Shown piece after piece: positions 1 to 9,008 of a stretch of DNA of 64,000 nucleotides (its first letter is position 1; each line of letters starts with the position of its first letter). The stretch lies in IMG/VR virus record IMGVR_UViG_3300046002_005654, positions 31,511 to 95,510 of that record, one strand, 5' to 3'. Below the pieces are notes generated by a model, which did not search any database, was not told the DNA's origin, and worked only from the letters and a program-made list of their open reading frames with translations. Source of the stretch: a virus. The position numbers and the translations under genes are program-made.

Positions 1-3000
1 ATTAGAAAGTCCTTCTAATTGGCCTTTAAATAACATATAAGCTTTATTTATTAAATCAAAGTAATAAATTCCTTTAGATGTGTTTAATACACTCCACTTA
101 TTTACGGTTCCTGAAATTGTAGTTGCATATTTATATCTATCTAATACATTTCCAGTTCCTAACTGTATAGATAAACCATCACTTCCTTGAGTTTGTACTC
201 TAGGATTGATAGATATGTAAGCAATCGCCCTATCTTGTAAAGCATATACTTCGTCATTAAAGCTAATTAAAGAGTTTATACTACCGTGCTTTCCATCTAA
301 GGTCATTACTTCATTTAATTGAACATCAGTCCAATTATCTATTATTTCTCCACCAGACTTTAATTTAGTTGAAACTATATTTGTATCATAATTAACTAGC
401 CTTTTAGTAGTATAATTTAAATTTCTTCTTTTTATTAAAGTTGGTAATTGAGAATATACCTTATTATATTTATGAAATTCAGCATCTGTTGGTGAAAATT
501 TTGTATCCCAAACATTTAAGCTTATATCATTTCTATTTTTTAAATCAATAGAGGTTTCTGTTACAAATTCAACTATTTCTTCTAATTGATACACTCCTAT
601 AGAGTTTATTTCAACATCAGTTTTTACTATTCTAGCAAATTTAAATGGATGAACAAATGTATCTCCTGGAGATTTTATAAATACAGTTGGATATAATTGA
701 TTAATTTCTTTATAATCTCCTATTTCAATATAATTACTTCTAGTTTTATCTTCATAACTATTACCTCCATATATATTTCCTAAATATATTTCATTGTCAG
801 ATTTAATTAATTCTCCTATTAACGCATTATTATCACCTGTTAATCCAGTAGACGTAAATATTGATTCTAATTTTGGTCTATCCCAACTATTTGTTGATAT
901 ATCATTGTTTCCAGTAACTAAAGTAACACATCTATTTCCGTAACTATTTATAGAAATTATTCTTCTATTGAATGGCCCATTTTTGTTATAGGTAGCACTA
1001 TCTCCATCTGAATAAAAACTTTTTAATGAATTTGAATACCTAAATTTATAGTCATTATTATATAAAGTACTATCTTGACCTTTTTCAGTTATTTCTGGAA
1101 GACCATATATGTCGACTAAAGTATTATTTGGAGAAGGAGTATAATAACTTGTTATTGGAACTACAGGAATTCCAATAGTAAATGGATTTGAAGTTGTTTT
1201 TCTTTCTATATATGTTGGAGAAGCTAAAGGGCCTTGAGAAGCCGTTACAGTTATAGTTCCAGTTACCTCAGCTGATGATGTAATTTTTAAAAAATAAACA
1301 TTATTTGGATTTATTAAAAATGAAGTTTCAGTTTTAAATACTGTATTAGTTCCAATAACTCCAGTTAATATTGTTCCTGAAATTGGATTATTTCCTTCTA
1401 CATCATAACATATACTAACATCATATGGTACAGTTGTAAAACCTACAGAAGGAGTTATTAAATAAGAAACTGTGCTTTCATTATAATTAATAGGGTCTAA
1501 AGTTGTATTTATTCCTTTTTGGCCATCACTATAAAATATTAAGTTATCTACATCGACTACGGTTCCTGTATCTACTAAATCATTAACAAATGTAAATGTG
1601 TTTCCATTTACATTACTTGTGTTAGACAATTCTCCATAACCTCTATAAAACATTGAATGAGTTACTCTTTCAGGTATTGAATCAGCTGGATGGCTTATTA
1701 ACCCTCTGTTTAAAGGATGAAAAACATTTCCTATAATTGATTCAACTGAACTTGAATATTGCGGAGATAGTCCATCAATTGCTTTACCTTCATGAACAGC
1801 AACATATGCAGCTTGAGTTAAATCTAATTCTCTAACCCATGAATTGTTTACTGAATTTTTTAAAGCTCCTTTAATTCTTAATTTTAATCCACTTGATAGT
1901 GGAATTGTTCCTCCAAATAAAACTTCAGGAGAATACATTTGCAACATTGAATTATATTGATATAGTGTTCCAGCCCTATCAACTACTTTATTCGCTAAGT
2001 GAACTTCAGTTTCTGGCCCGCTATTGTAGTTATTCATTACATCTAAATGACTTGCCTTTCTTAATGGCTTAACATTTCCATATAATGATGTTTGATTGCA
2101 ATTTCTTTGCAATATGTTTGGCATTTTTAAAATAGAATCTGACTGAGTTTTTATATTGTCATATATTTGAGCTCCTTTTGAAGACTTTTCATCTATCATC
2201 ATTCCATTAAGAATTCCATTAGCTACTATAGTTCTATCATTTAAAGTTCTTTCAGCGACAACTATCTTATATCCAACAGGTTTATCGTAATCACTTAATC
2301 CAGAAGTACTTAACCATATAAAAAAATCTGATTTTAAAGTAACGCTTAATGTATTAAAATTACCTTCTAAATTACCTGAAAGAGATTTAAAATCAGCTAT
2401 CCAGTTTGGAAGAGAAAATTGTCCATAAATATTAAAAAATTCAATACCTATCCTATATATTTCTTCATCTTTAAAATATTTATTGTCTGGATTGGTATCT
2501 GTTGTTTTTGTAAGTTCATATCTTAAATATTTTCCATCCCCTCCAAATGTATATCCATTTTCTTGAAATTTATATGTATTATAATTTAAATTTACAGAAT
2601 CATTTTTTATAAGCGTTAAATTTGAATAATCTGGAACTCCAGACACAGCGCTTAATGTAAATGGATCTCCCGTAGGAACTCCGCCAGACAATCTTAAATT
2701 ATCATATATTGTAGATGATTTTGCACTATTAAAAGAATATGCTCTACAGTCTAAATCAACTGTAAAATTTATTTCTTTATAATTTGACAAAAATAATCTA
2801 TTAAATTTTGAAACTATATGTTTTGGAATTATGATATCAGAGCCTAGAAATAAAAATTCTTCTAGAGATACGGTGCTGATTATGGTTCCATCATCATAAA
2901 TATTAATACTTTTAGTAGAAGGTATTTCTCTATCATCTATTATTGATATAGAAGGAACTTCATTATATGATGTATATTTTATTGCATAAGTTTTTATATT

Positions 3001-3846
3001 TGTGTATGCTGGATCAATATTAGATATTGTTATACTAGTAGTAGCTCCAACAACTTCGTTTAAAGCTCCTCCACCCAAAGCTCCCTTATCTAAAGGAATC
3101 ATTTCACTTAATGGAGATATCTTTGTTTGAGAAGAGTTTACTCTGTATAAATTATAAGCATACTGTATCATTCCAGCAGTATGACTTCCACCAACTGAAA
3201 CTGAATCTATAATTGGTTGCGTAAGTTTGTATTTACCAACCATATCTACCACGTTTACAGGAACATCTATTAAGTTTTCTAAATCTTTATTTAATATAGA
3301 ATGCTCTATATTTAAAAACTTAAGTTGATTATTTCCATCAACCCAATATATTTTATCTATATTTTTATTTTCAAAATTATTGATAGCTTGTATTGGTGTG
3401 TTTTTAGAAAAATTCATATCTCTTAAATACAATAATGTAATATCATAATTATCATATCTCATCTTCCAAACACAATCAAATCCATTATCATCTGTAGTAA
3501 ATAATAATAAATACGTTCTGCTATTTGCATGACCAATTATTACTTGATCTCCACTAGTAGAAGATCCGTAATTTATTTCAGTATTTTTATATACAATATC
3601 ATCACCTCCAACATATCTAATTATTTTTTCAGTAATACCATCTGTAATTCTAGTTGTTATTACTGGAGTTGGTATTTTAAATATTAATGAATTACCTTTT
3701 TCATTTGTAAGAGAACCAGTTGATTGAGAATCAGTAGCTATTACCCTTACGTTTTTACCTTCAAAGTAAAATTGGTTTGGATATTTACTTTTAGATATAT
3801 CCTGCATCATACCGTCGTAAGAATGCGTTATTTGTTTATTTGCCAT
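1..3846 (-). CDS. crAss-like tail stabilisation/muzzle protein (partial, runs off window)
   Basis: ATG at 3846; N-terminus MANKQITHSYDGMMQDISKSKYPNQFYFEGKNVRV...GSLTNEKGN resembles crAss muzzle proteins; follows the tail tubular gene; not in ORF track because it is 3'-truncated. Confidence 0.75.
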   Translation of the reverse strand, partial: MANKQITHSYDGMMQDISKSKYPNQFYFEGKNVRVIATDSQSTGSLTNEKGNSLIFKIPTPVITTRITDGITEKIIRYVGGDDIVYKNTEINYGSSTSGDQVIIGHANSRTYLLLFTTDDNGFDCVWKMRYDNYDITLLYLRDMNFSKNTPIQAINNFENKNIDKIYWVDGNNQLKFLNIEHSILNKDLENLIDVPVNVVDMVGKYKLTQPIIDSVSVGGSHTAGMIQYAYNLYRVNSSQTKISPLSEMIPLDKGALGGGALNEVVGATTSITISNIDPAYTNIKTYAIKYTSYNEVPSISIIDDREIPSTKSINIYDDGTIISTVSLEEFLFLGSDIIIPKHIVSKFNRLFLSNYKEINFTVDLDCRAYSFNSAKSSTIYDNLRLSGGVPTGDPFTLSAVSGVPDYSNLTLIKNDSVNLNYNTYKFQENGYTFGGDGKYLRYELTKTTDTNPDNKYFKDEEIYRIGIEFFNIYGQFSLPNWIADFKSLSGNLEGNFNTLSVTLKSDFFIWLSTSGLSDYDKPVGYKIVVAERTLNDRTIVANGILNGMMIDEKSSKGAQIYDNIKTQSDSILKMPNILQRNCNQTSLYGNVKPLRKASHLDVMNNYNSGPETEVHLANKVVDRAGTLYQYNSMLQMYSPEVLFGGTIPLSSGLKLRIKGALKNSVNNSWVRELDLTQAAYVAVHEGKAIDGLSPQYSSSVESIIGNVFHPLNRGLISHPADSIPERVTHSMFYRGYGELSNTSNVNGNTFTFVNDLVDTGTVVDVDNLIFYSDGQKGINTTLDPINYNESTVSYLITPSVGFTTVPYDVSICYDVEGNNPISGTILTGVIGTNTVFKTETSFLINPNNVYFLKITSSAEVTGTITVTASQGPLASPTYIERKTTSNPFTIGIPVVPITSYYTPSPNNTLVDIYGLPEITEKGQDSTLYNNDYKFRYSNSLKSFYSDGDSATYNKNGPFNRRIISINSYGNRCVTLVTGNNDISTNSWDRPKLESIFTSTGLTGDNNALIGELIKSDNEIYLGNIYGGNSYEDKTRSNYIEIGDYKEINQLYPTVFIKSPGDTFVHPFKFARIVKTDVEINSIGVYQLEEIVEFVTETSIDLKNRNDISLNVWDTKFSPTDAEFHKYNKVYSQLPTLIKRRNLNYTTKRLVNYDTNIVSTKLKSGGEIIDNWTDVQLNEVMTLDGKHGSINSLISFNDEVYALQDRAIAYISINPRVQTQGSDGLSIQLGTGNVLDRYKYATTISGTVNKWSVLNTSKGIYYFDLINKAYMLFKGQLEGLSN

Positions 3847-3869
3847 CTTCAAAATGTCTTTTTAAGTTA

Positions 3870-4628
3870 TTAACGGAATTTTCTCAATCTTTCTTTTTCG
3901 CCAGATTTCTTGAAGAAACTTTCGTGACTTGTATTTGATAGTATCAATCTATTTATAGAATTCATAACAGATTCCATTCCATCTACGCTTGGCATTTGCA
4001 ATGCTGTAAAAGCACTTGGCATATAGAAATATCTTTTTTGTTGAATATATTCAAAAGCTTTATCTGTTATCTTGCCCATTAAATACATAGGCTCTAAATA
4101 ACGACTTAAAATATAATATTCCATACCAAGTAACACTTTTTCATTATCTGGTATTAAAGGATACCCATCGTCATCTGTAGCTATGCCTCTATATGCAACT
4201 TGAACTTCTCCATCTCGTATAGAAGAAAATAAGACTCCTTTTTGTACAGAATATGTATATTCATTTCTTCTGTGATTACCTCTTAATTCAAAATCTGTGT
4301 TTCCTTGATTTTCAAATTCATTTGGATCAAAATGATAAATATTTGTAGACTCTCTCATTGCTACTGGGTGATTTAGAACTCCATCTTCATCAGCATCCAT
4401 ATACCTAACTCCGCTTAATGTCAAAATATCACAAGGCAATTCAGCTTTGTGATTTTGAAGTACTAAATTAGGAGATATTTTATCAATATATATTACTGGA
4501 GCTCCAAGCAATCTTATAAACTCTAAAGCGTATTCAGCTGCTTCTTCATAGTTTAATTCAGAAGCTAATGGATTACGAAGTATTCTCCATAAAACAGTCC
4601 CTAAAGACTTATAATTAATTACTTTCAT
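3870..4628 (-). CDS. tail tubular/ring protein (P22 gp4-like, crAss Ttub)
   Basis: HKAELPCD, YRGIATDDDGYPLIPDNE motifs; position just before muzzle gene. Confidence 0.75.
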   Translation of the reverse strand: MKVINYKSLGTVLWRILRNPLASELNYEEAAEYALEFIRLLGAPVIYIDKISPNLVLQNHKAELPCDILTLSGVRYMDADEDGVLNHPVAMRESTNIYHFDPNEFENQGNTDFELRGNHRRNEYTYSVQKGVLFSSIRDGEVQVAYRGIATDDDGYPLIPDNEKVLLGMEYYILSRYLEPMYLMGKITDKAFEYIQQKRYFYMPSAFTALQMPSVDGMESVMNSINRLILSNTSHESFFKKSGEKERLRKFR

Positions 4629-5178
4629 TGTTTATTGTTGTTTTATTATATAATAAATACGAATCAAATTTTTCTTTATCCTCATCGTTTATTCTTTTTC
4701 CAAGTAATCTACTAAATGTTCTGTTAACTTTAAAAGAAAATAACTTTTTATTCATAAATACTAAGTTATATTTTTTAAAATATATTCTAAACACGTATTT
4801 AGATGTATGATTATTTAAGTATCTTACTAGAAGTTTTTTAGATTTAGACTCTTCGTCTTCTAACCATAGTTTATTAGTGGCTACCCAGTCTACTGGAGCT
4901 GGATTATAAAGCTTTCCATTAACTATTCTAGGAACTCTTTTGTCTTTTCTTATACATAAAGTAGACCCTATATATGGAATAGTATATTCTAAGCCGTCTT
5001 CAATTATTAAATTTATTAATCCTTTATTAAATTCAGATATTATATCTTTATATTGTTTTCCAGTTATACTTATATCTATATTATTTTTAGTAAAATATTT
5101 ATAATAATTATTTATACCATAATCAGTATTTATTTTACCTTCCGTTCTGTTGTTCTTGACCAGCACTGTTTGAGTCAT
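4615..5178 (-). CDS. crAss IHF/HU-like protein (start uncertain)
   Basis: IPYIGSTLCIRK and VDWVATNKLW motifs; conserved position upstream of tail tubular gene. Confidence 0.6.
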   Translation of the reverse strand: MTQTVLVKNNRTEGKINTDYGINNYYKYFTKNNIDISITGKQYKDIISEFNKGLINLIIEDGLEYTIPYIGSTLCIRKDKRVPRIVNGKLYNPAPVDWVATNKLWLEDEESKSKKLLVRYLNNHTSKYVFRIYFKKYNLVFMNKKLFSFKVNRTFSRLLGKRINDEDKEKFDSYLLYNKTTINNESN

Positions 5179-5842
5179 TTTCTTTATCTTCTTTAACATT
5201 CATTTTAATAGCTAGTTCACTAACTATTTCAGCTTTAATTAAATCTACGTAATGAGGTTGTAATGGGTATTCTGTTGTATCTTCATCAAAACAAGATGGA
5301 GCATCCGTACAATCACAACAATTTGTATAATTAAGTAAATCTAATGGATCTTCAAACACTCCTGTTATAGTTATACATTCTAATAAATCTAATGTATTCA
5401 TTTCACTTAACAAGTAAATATGTTTATCATTATCTAGAAACGCAAATATAGCATTATTATATGGAGAATATTTACTATAAATAGCTTTTTCTTTTGTAGT
5501 AAAATTAAATGGTATTGCTATTCTATTTGTAGGTCTTACATTTGTAACAGCTGTTTTAACGTGTAATTCTATTGGTTGAGGAATAGGACGCTTAGTTCTT
5601 AAAATAGTGTCACATTCAAGCGTTAAGCCGCATTGGTTAGCAGATACAATCTCTAAACCTAAACATAATGTCTGAGTTATAGAAATATCTGTAGTATGTT
5701 GAAAATTATTAAGATCTTGTCTTAAATATTTACTTCTTTTTAAACCAAGTAGATATGTTATGTATCTATTTGATATTTCTCCATCGTCTGTATAAAGCTT
5801 TAAGCTTTCACGAACGTCATATATTATCTTATTTAGCTTCAT
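5135..5842 (-). CDS. tail ring protein (crAss-like)
   Basis: ITQTLCLGLE, ITGVFEDP, EYPLQ motifs; context. Confidence 0.6.
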   Translation of the reverse strand: MKLNKIIYDVRESLKLYTDDGEISNRYITYLLGLKRSKYLRQDLNNFQHTTDISITQTLCLGLEIVSANQCGLTLECDTILRTKRPIPQPIELHVKTAVTNVRPTNRIAIPFNFTTKEKAIYSKYSPYNNAIFAFLDNDKHIYLLSEMNTLDLLECITITGVFEDPLDLLNYTNCCDCTDAPSCFDEDTTEYPLQPHYVDLIKAEIVSELAIKMNVKEDKENDSNSAGQEQQNGR

Positions 5843-5855
5843 ATGTTATTAAATA

Positions 5856-5893
5856 AAAACGCCCTCAAACTACTTATTGAGATTGAGGGCGTT
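5856..5893 (-). terminator. intrinsic terminator after exonuclease gene
   Basis: AACGCCCTCAA...TTGAGGGCGTT stem followed by T-rich run on minus strand. Confidence 0.7.
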
Positions 5894-5898
5894 CTGTG

Positions 5899-6834
5899 TT
5901 ATTGTTTAAGTTCTTTAAATTTTAAATAATTTGTATTACTCATTTCAAAGAACCTTCCAGATTCATTGTCTTTCATAATATGTTTAATTGTTCCTCTGTT
6001 AGAGCAAACCTCTTTAATATGTTCTATATCGAAAGAACCATTAATAGGTGATGTTTGTTTAACTTTTCCATTAGCGACACCTGCATGAGTATATGGATTT
6101 TCAAGAAACTTGATTTCGTTGTAAACATTTTCTAATTGTCTTACATCTTCATCGCAATAGTCAAGCATTTTTTGTAATGCATCTCTATCATTTTTGAATA
6201 CGATGTCCATCCATAATCCAATTTCTGTTTTAATCTTTCCTTCAAATCCTAAGAATTTAGATATATAGTCTAATTTATTTGAATTCAAATACAATTTAGA
6301 TCTTGCAATTTTTAATGTATCAAACTGTCTATAACTTGGTAGCATTTTTAATCTGTGATATAATGCTCTAGTTCTTAACCATTTAAGGTCAAAGTTATCT
6401 CCATTATGCGCTACAATTAAATCTGCTTCGTTTAATGTTTCTATAAATTGTTCTACTAAAAAGTAATCTGATTGATCTTTATCCCAATTAAGGTTGTATA
6501 CTTCGTCTTCACCAAGCCATTTATATGATACACATATAATAGCTCTTTCCTTTATAATTTGCTCAGGAGATACATTTTGTTTAAATCCAGCTCTCCAGAA
6601 CCAACCAATATTTGGTGATGTTTCAATATCATATACTAATATTTTAGCTTTTACAGAAGATAATCTACTAATAGATTCTCTATTTTCTTGATTTACTTCT
6701 CTTAAAGCTGTTTTACAATTACCTATAGTTGTTTCAAATCCTTTTAATCTAAGATGATTTCTTAATCTTTTAGAACCTTCTTTTAAATAACCAGTTTTAC
6801 TTCTTAAAAATTCTTTAATTTCAATTAACTCCAT
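5899..6834 (-). CDS. DEDD/RNase H-like 3'-5' exonuclease
   Basis: ILVYDIET, HNGDNFD, YCDEDV exo motifs; start moved to MELIEIK, downstream of the promoter. Confidence 0.8.
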   Translation of the reverse strand: MELIEIKEFLRSKTGYLKEGSKRLRNHLRLKGFETTIGNCKTALREVNQENRESISRLSSVKAKILVYDIETSPNIGWFWRAGFKQNVSPEQIIKERAIICVSYKWLGEDEVYNLNWDKDQSDYFLVEQFIETLNEADLIVAHNGDNFDLKWLRTRALYHRLKMLPSYRQFDTLKIARSKLYLNSNKLDYISKFLGFEGKIKTEIGLWMDIVFKNDRDALQKMLDYCDEDVRQLENVYNEIKFLENPYTHAGVANGKVKQTSPINGSFDIEHIKEVCSNRGTIKHIMKDNESGRFFEMSNTNYLKFKELKQ

Positions 6835-6858
6835 ATGTTGTTTTTTTTTAAACTTATA

Positions 6859-6890
6859 CAAAGTTATAACAAATAAATGACAATTCCTAA
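6859..6890 (-). promoter_or_regulatory. promoter, motif A (TTAGGAATTGTCA-N11-TAACTTTG)
   Basis: Bacteroidota -7 element TAnnTTTG plus conserved upstream box; one of 5 copies with an identical 32-nt span. Confidence 0.75.
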
Positions 6891-6913
6891 TTTTTTAGCA
6901 ATTATTTTATAAT

Positions 6914-7546
6914 TTATTTCTTAATATTAATTAATCTTAACTTATAACCTATAAATATATTCTTATTAGTATCGAATCCAGCAGAATATATATCGCCTCT
7001 TCTATTTTGTATTCCTAAATCAACTTTAACTACAAAATTAGATAATGATGCATTATTATATGTTTCTACTCCTGTATATAAAGCAAATACAGTTTGTTTA
7101 ACAGGTACTGAAACTTCTACTTTTTTTTCTTTTATAGTATAAGTTGGTTTTATATAATTAATAGTTCCAACTGATTCAGCTTCTACGGTTAAATTTATAT
7201 CTTTATTATCAAAGTTTTGACTGTATTTATTTATCTTAACGGCATTCATAAATAAATGTAATTTCTGAATACTATCTTTAGCTTTTAAATAATCAACAAC
7301 TAATTGTTTGTCTAATGGATTTACAATAGTTATTTTCTTATCTTTAAAGACAATACTATCTTTAATGATAGTATCATGTACCTTTATTGGTTTTAATGCA
7401 TTAAACGAGCCGTGTTGAGCTGGTATTATAACCTCAGTATTTTGAACAGAAGGTAAAACTTTATTACTGCAACTTCTTTGTATAAATATAACAAACAATA
7501 ATACTATTATAATTATTTGATATATAAACTTTTTAATATCTATCAT
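6914..7546 (-). CDS. putative spanin-like lysis accessory protein
   Basis: N-terminal TM segment plus Cys, C-terminal amphipathic beta strands; directly after endolysin. Confidence 0.5.
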   Translation of the reverse strand: MIDIKKFIYQIIIIVLLFVIFIQRSCSNKVLPSVQNTEVIIPAQHGSFNALKPIKVHDTIIKDSIVFKDKKITIVNPLDKQLVVDYLKAKDSIQKLHLFMNAVKINKYSQNFDNKDINLTVEAESVGTINYIKPTYTIKEKKVEVSVPVKQTVFALYTGVETYNNASLSNFVVKVDLGIQNRRGDIYSAGFDTNKNIFIGYKLRLINIKK

Positions 7547-8118
7547 TGTAAATATTTTTTAAACAACCAATAATAACCAGCTATTAAATTAGCTTTATCA
7601 GTTCCGTTTATAATTCTTCTAGCTCCAATTGGATCTTCTGTTTTTTCATTAAAATACATTTCTAAGCATTTACCTGTAAAATCACCAACATTAGAACTTC
7701 CTTTCAACATTCCTTCAAACATTACTTTTGTAGCAACGTCTAAAGTTAAACATAGTTCTGGATTACTAAGTAAATTTAACTTTAATAATCTACTTAATAA
7801 CTCATAATTTTCATACCAAGTAAGTTGAACAAATCCTCTTCCGTAATATATTTTATCAGGAGTATTATAAGCCACTCCAGAATGCTTTAATTTCTTTCCG
7901 TAAGGCCTTGTTTTACCCTTACCATATTCTTCTATAGGTCTTATGGTTTTTGCAGTTTCATGGTAAGTGGTGGCTAACATGTAAGCTAGCCACCTAATAT
8001 CATTTAAACCTTTACTATCCCATTCATTAAATATTGCTTCAAATCCACTAACTTGTGATTGTGATAATTTACCAAAATTTAATCTATAGTTATTATAAAA
8101 ATTTAATCTATTTATCAT
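7543..8118 (-). CDS. endolysin, glycoside hydrolase family 19-like
   Basis: AYMLATTYHET, YYGRGFVQLTWYENY, ARRIING motifs. Confidence 0.85.
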   Translation of the reverse strand: MINRLNFYNNYRLNFGKLSQSQVSGFEAIFNEWDSKGLNDIRWLAYMLATTYHETAKTIRPIEEYGKGKTRPYGKKLKHSGVAYNTPDKIYYGRGFVQLTWYENYELLSRLLKLNLLSNPELCLTLDVATKVMFEGMLKGSSNVGDFTGKCLEMYFNEKTEDPIGARRIINGTDKANLIAGYYWLFKKYLQ

Positions 8119-8124
8119 ATTTTT

Positions 8125-8451
8125 TTATTTAGTCATTAACCATAAAAGATAAGAAAATACTATTCCAATTAAACCTCTTTGAAACCATTTCAAAGTATCT
8201 AATTTATCTGCATCTAATATTTGTTTATCTTCTAAAGCTTGAACTCTTTTGTCTAAAGAATCTAGTAACGAAACCATTCCCTTATGACCATTTAACGAAG
8301 AACCTATTAAGGCTGATTCTATATTTCTAACACTATCTTTTACATCTACCATATCAGATTTATAAACCTTAAAATGATTTTCTAAACGATCTATTTTTTC
8401 CTCCATTATGCTTTTTTTTCTATTTCTTACTACTTCTCTTTCTTCGTTCAT
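8125..8451 (-). CDS. membrane protein, holin/antiholin candidate
   Basis: coiled coil plus C-terminal TM; lysis cassette. Confidence 0.45.
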   Translation of the reverse strand: MNEEREVVRNRKKSIMEEKIDRLENHFKVYKSDMVDVKDSVRNIESALIGSSLNGHKGMVSLLDSLDKRVQALEDKQILDADKLDTLKWFQRGLIGIVFSYLLWLMTK

Positions 8452-8464
8452 TTTTTTTTGATAG

Positions 8465-8656
8465 TTACATTTTATCTTTTAGCTTTAATATAGTTTCAGT
8501 TACTTTTGTACTTCCTAAATATACTGTAGCAATTATGATCCATTGAGAACCATTTAATTTTCCAAAGTATAAGTATAATGTAGCTATTATAAATACTGTA
8601 AATGTTTTACTTATAGCCTTACCTATATATTTATCTACAAATTCTTGTCTACTCAT
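8465..8656 (-). CDS. putative holin
   Basis: 63 aa, two TM segments, basic C-terminus, upstream of endolysin. Confidence 0.55.
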   Translation of the reverse strand: MSRQEFVDKYIGKAISKTFTVFIIATLYLYFGKLNGSQWIIIATVYLGSTKVTETILKLKDKM

Positions 8657-8698
8657 TTTTCATATTATTTAATTTACAAATTTATTAAAACTAATTAA

Positions 8699-9001
8699 CT
8701 ATTCTCTTTCAATGCCTAAATATATTAAAACTATATCTTCTATATAAGCATTATCTGCAGCCCATTCAGTATATTGATCGTCATTTATTGGAACATTTCC
8801 TGTAGCTACAATAGTAAAAATAGTATTTGTTGTATCAAATTCTCCTTCTATTAAACTTGGATTAATTACTATTTCTTCAGAAATAACTTCGTAATAAGTA
8901 TTACAAGAAGTATCTGTAGTACTATTTATTATAGGTCTAACTAAAAGTTTATTAGCTATTTTTGCAGGTAATCCTACTAGAATTGGTTTAATGTTTATCA
9001 T
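8699..9001 (-). CDS. tail-fibre-associated small protein (chaperone-like)
   Basis: follows fibre gene; GNVPINDDQYTEW motif. Confidence 0.4.
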   Translation of the reverse strand: MINIKPILVGLPAKIANKLLVRPIINSTTDTSCNTYYEVISEEIVINPSLIEGEFDTTNTIFTIVATGNVPINDDQYTEWAADNAYIEDIVLIYLGIERE

Positions 9002-9008
9002 AATGTTA

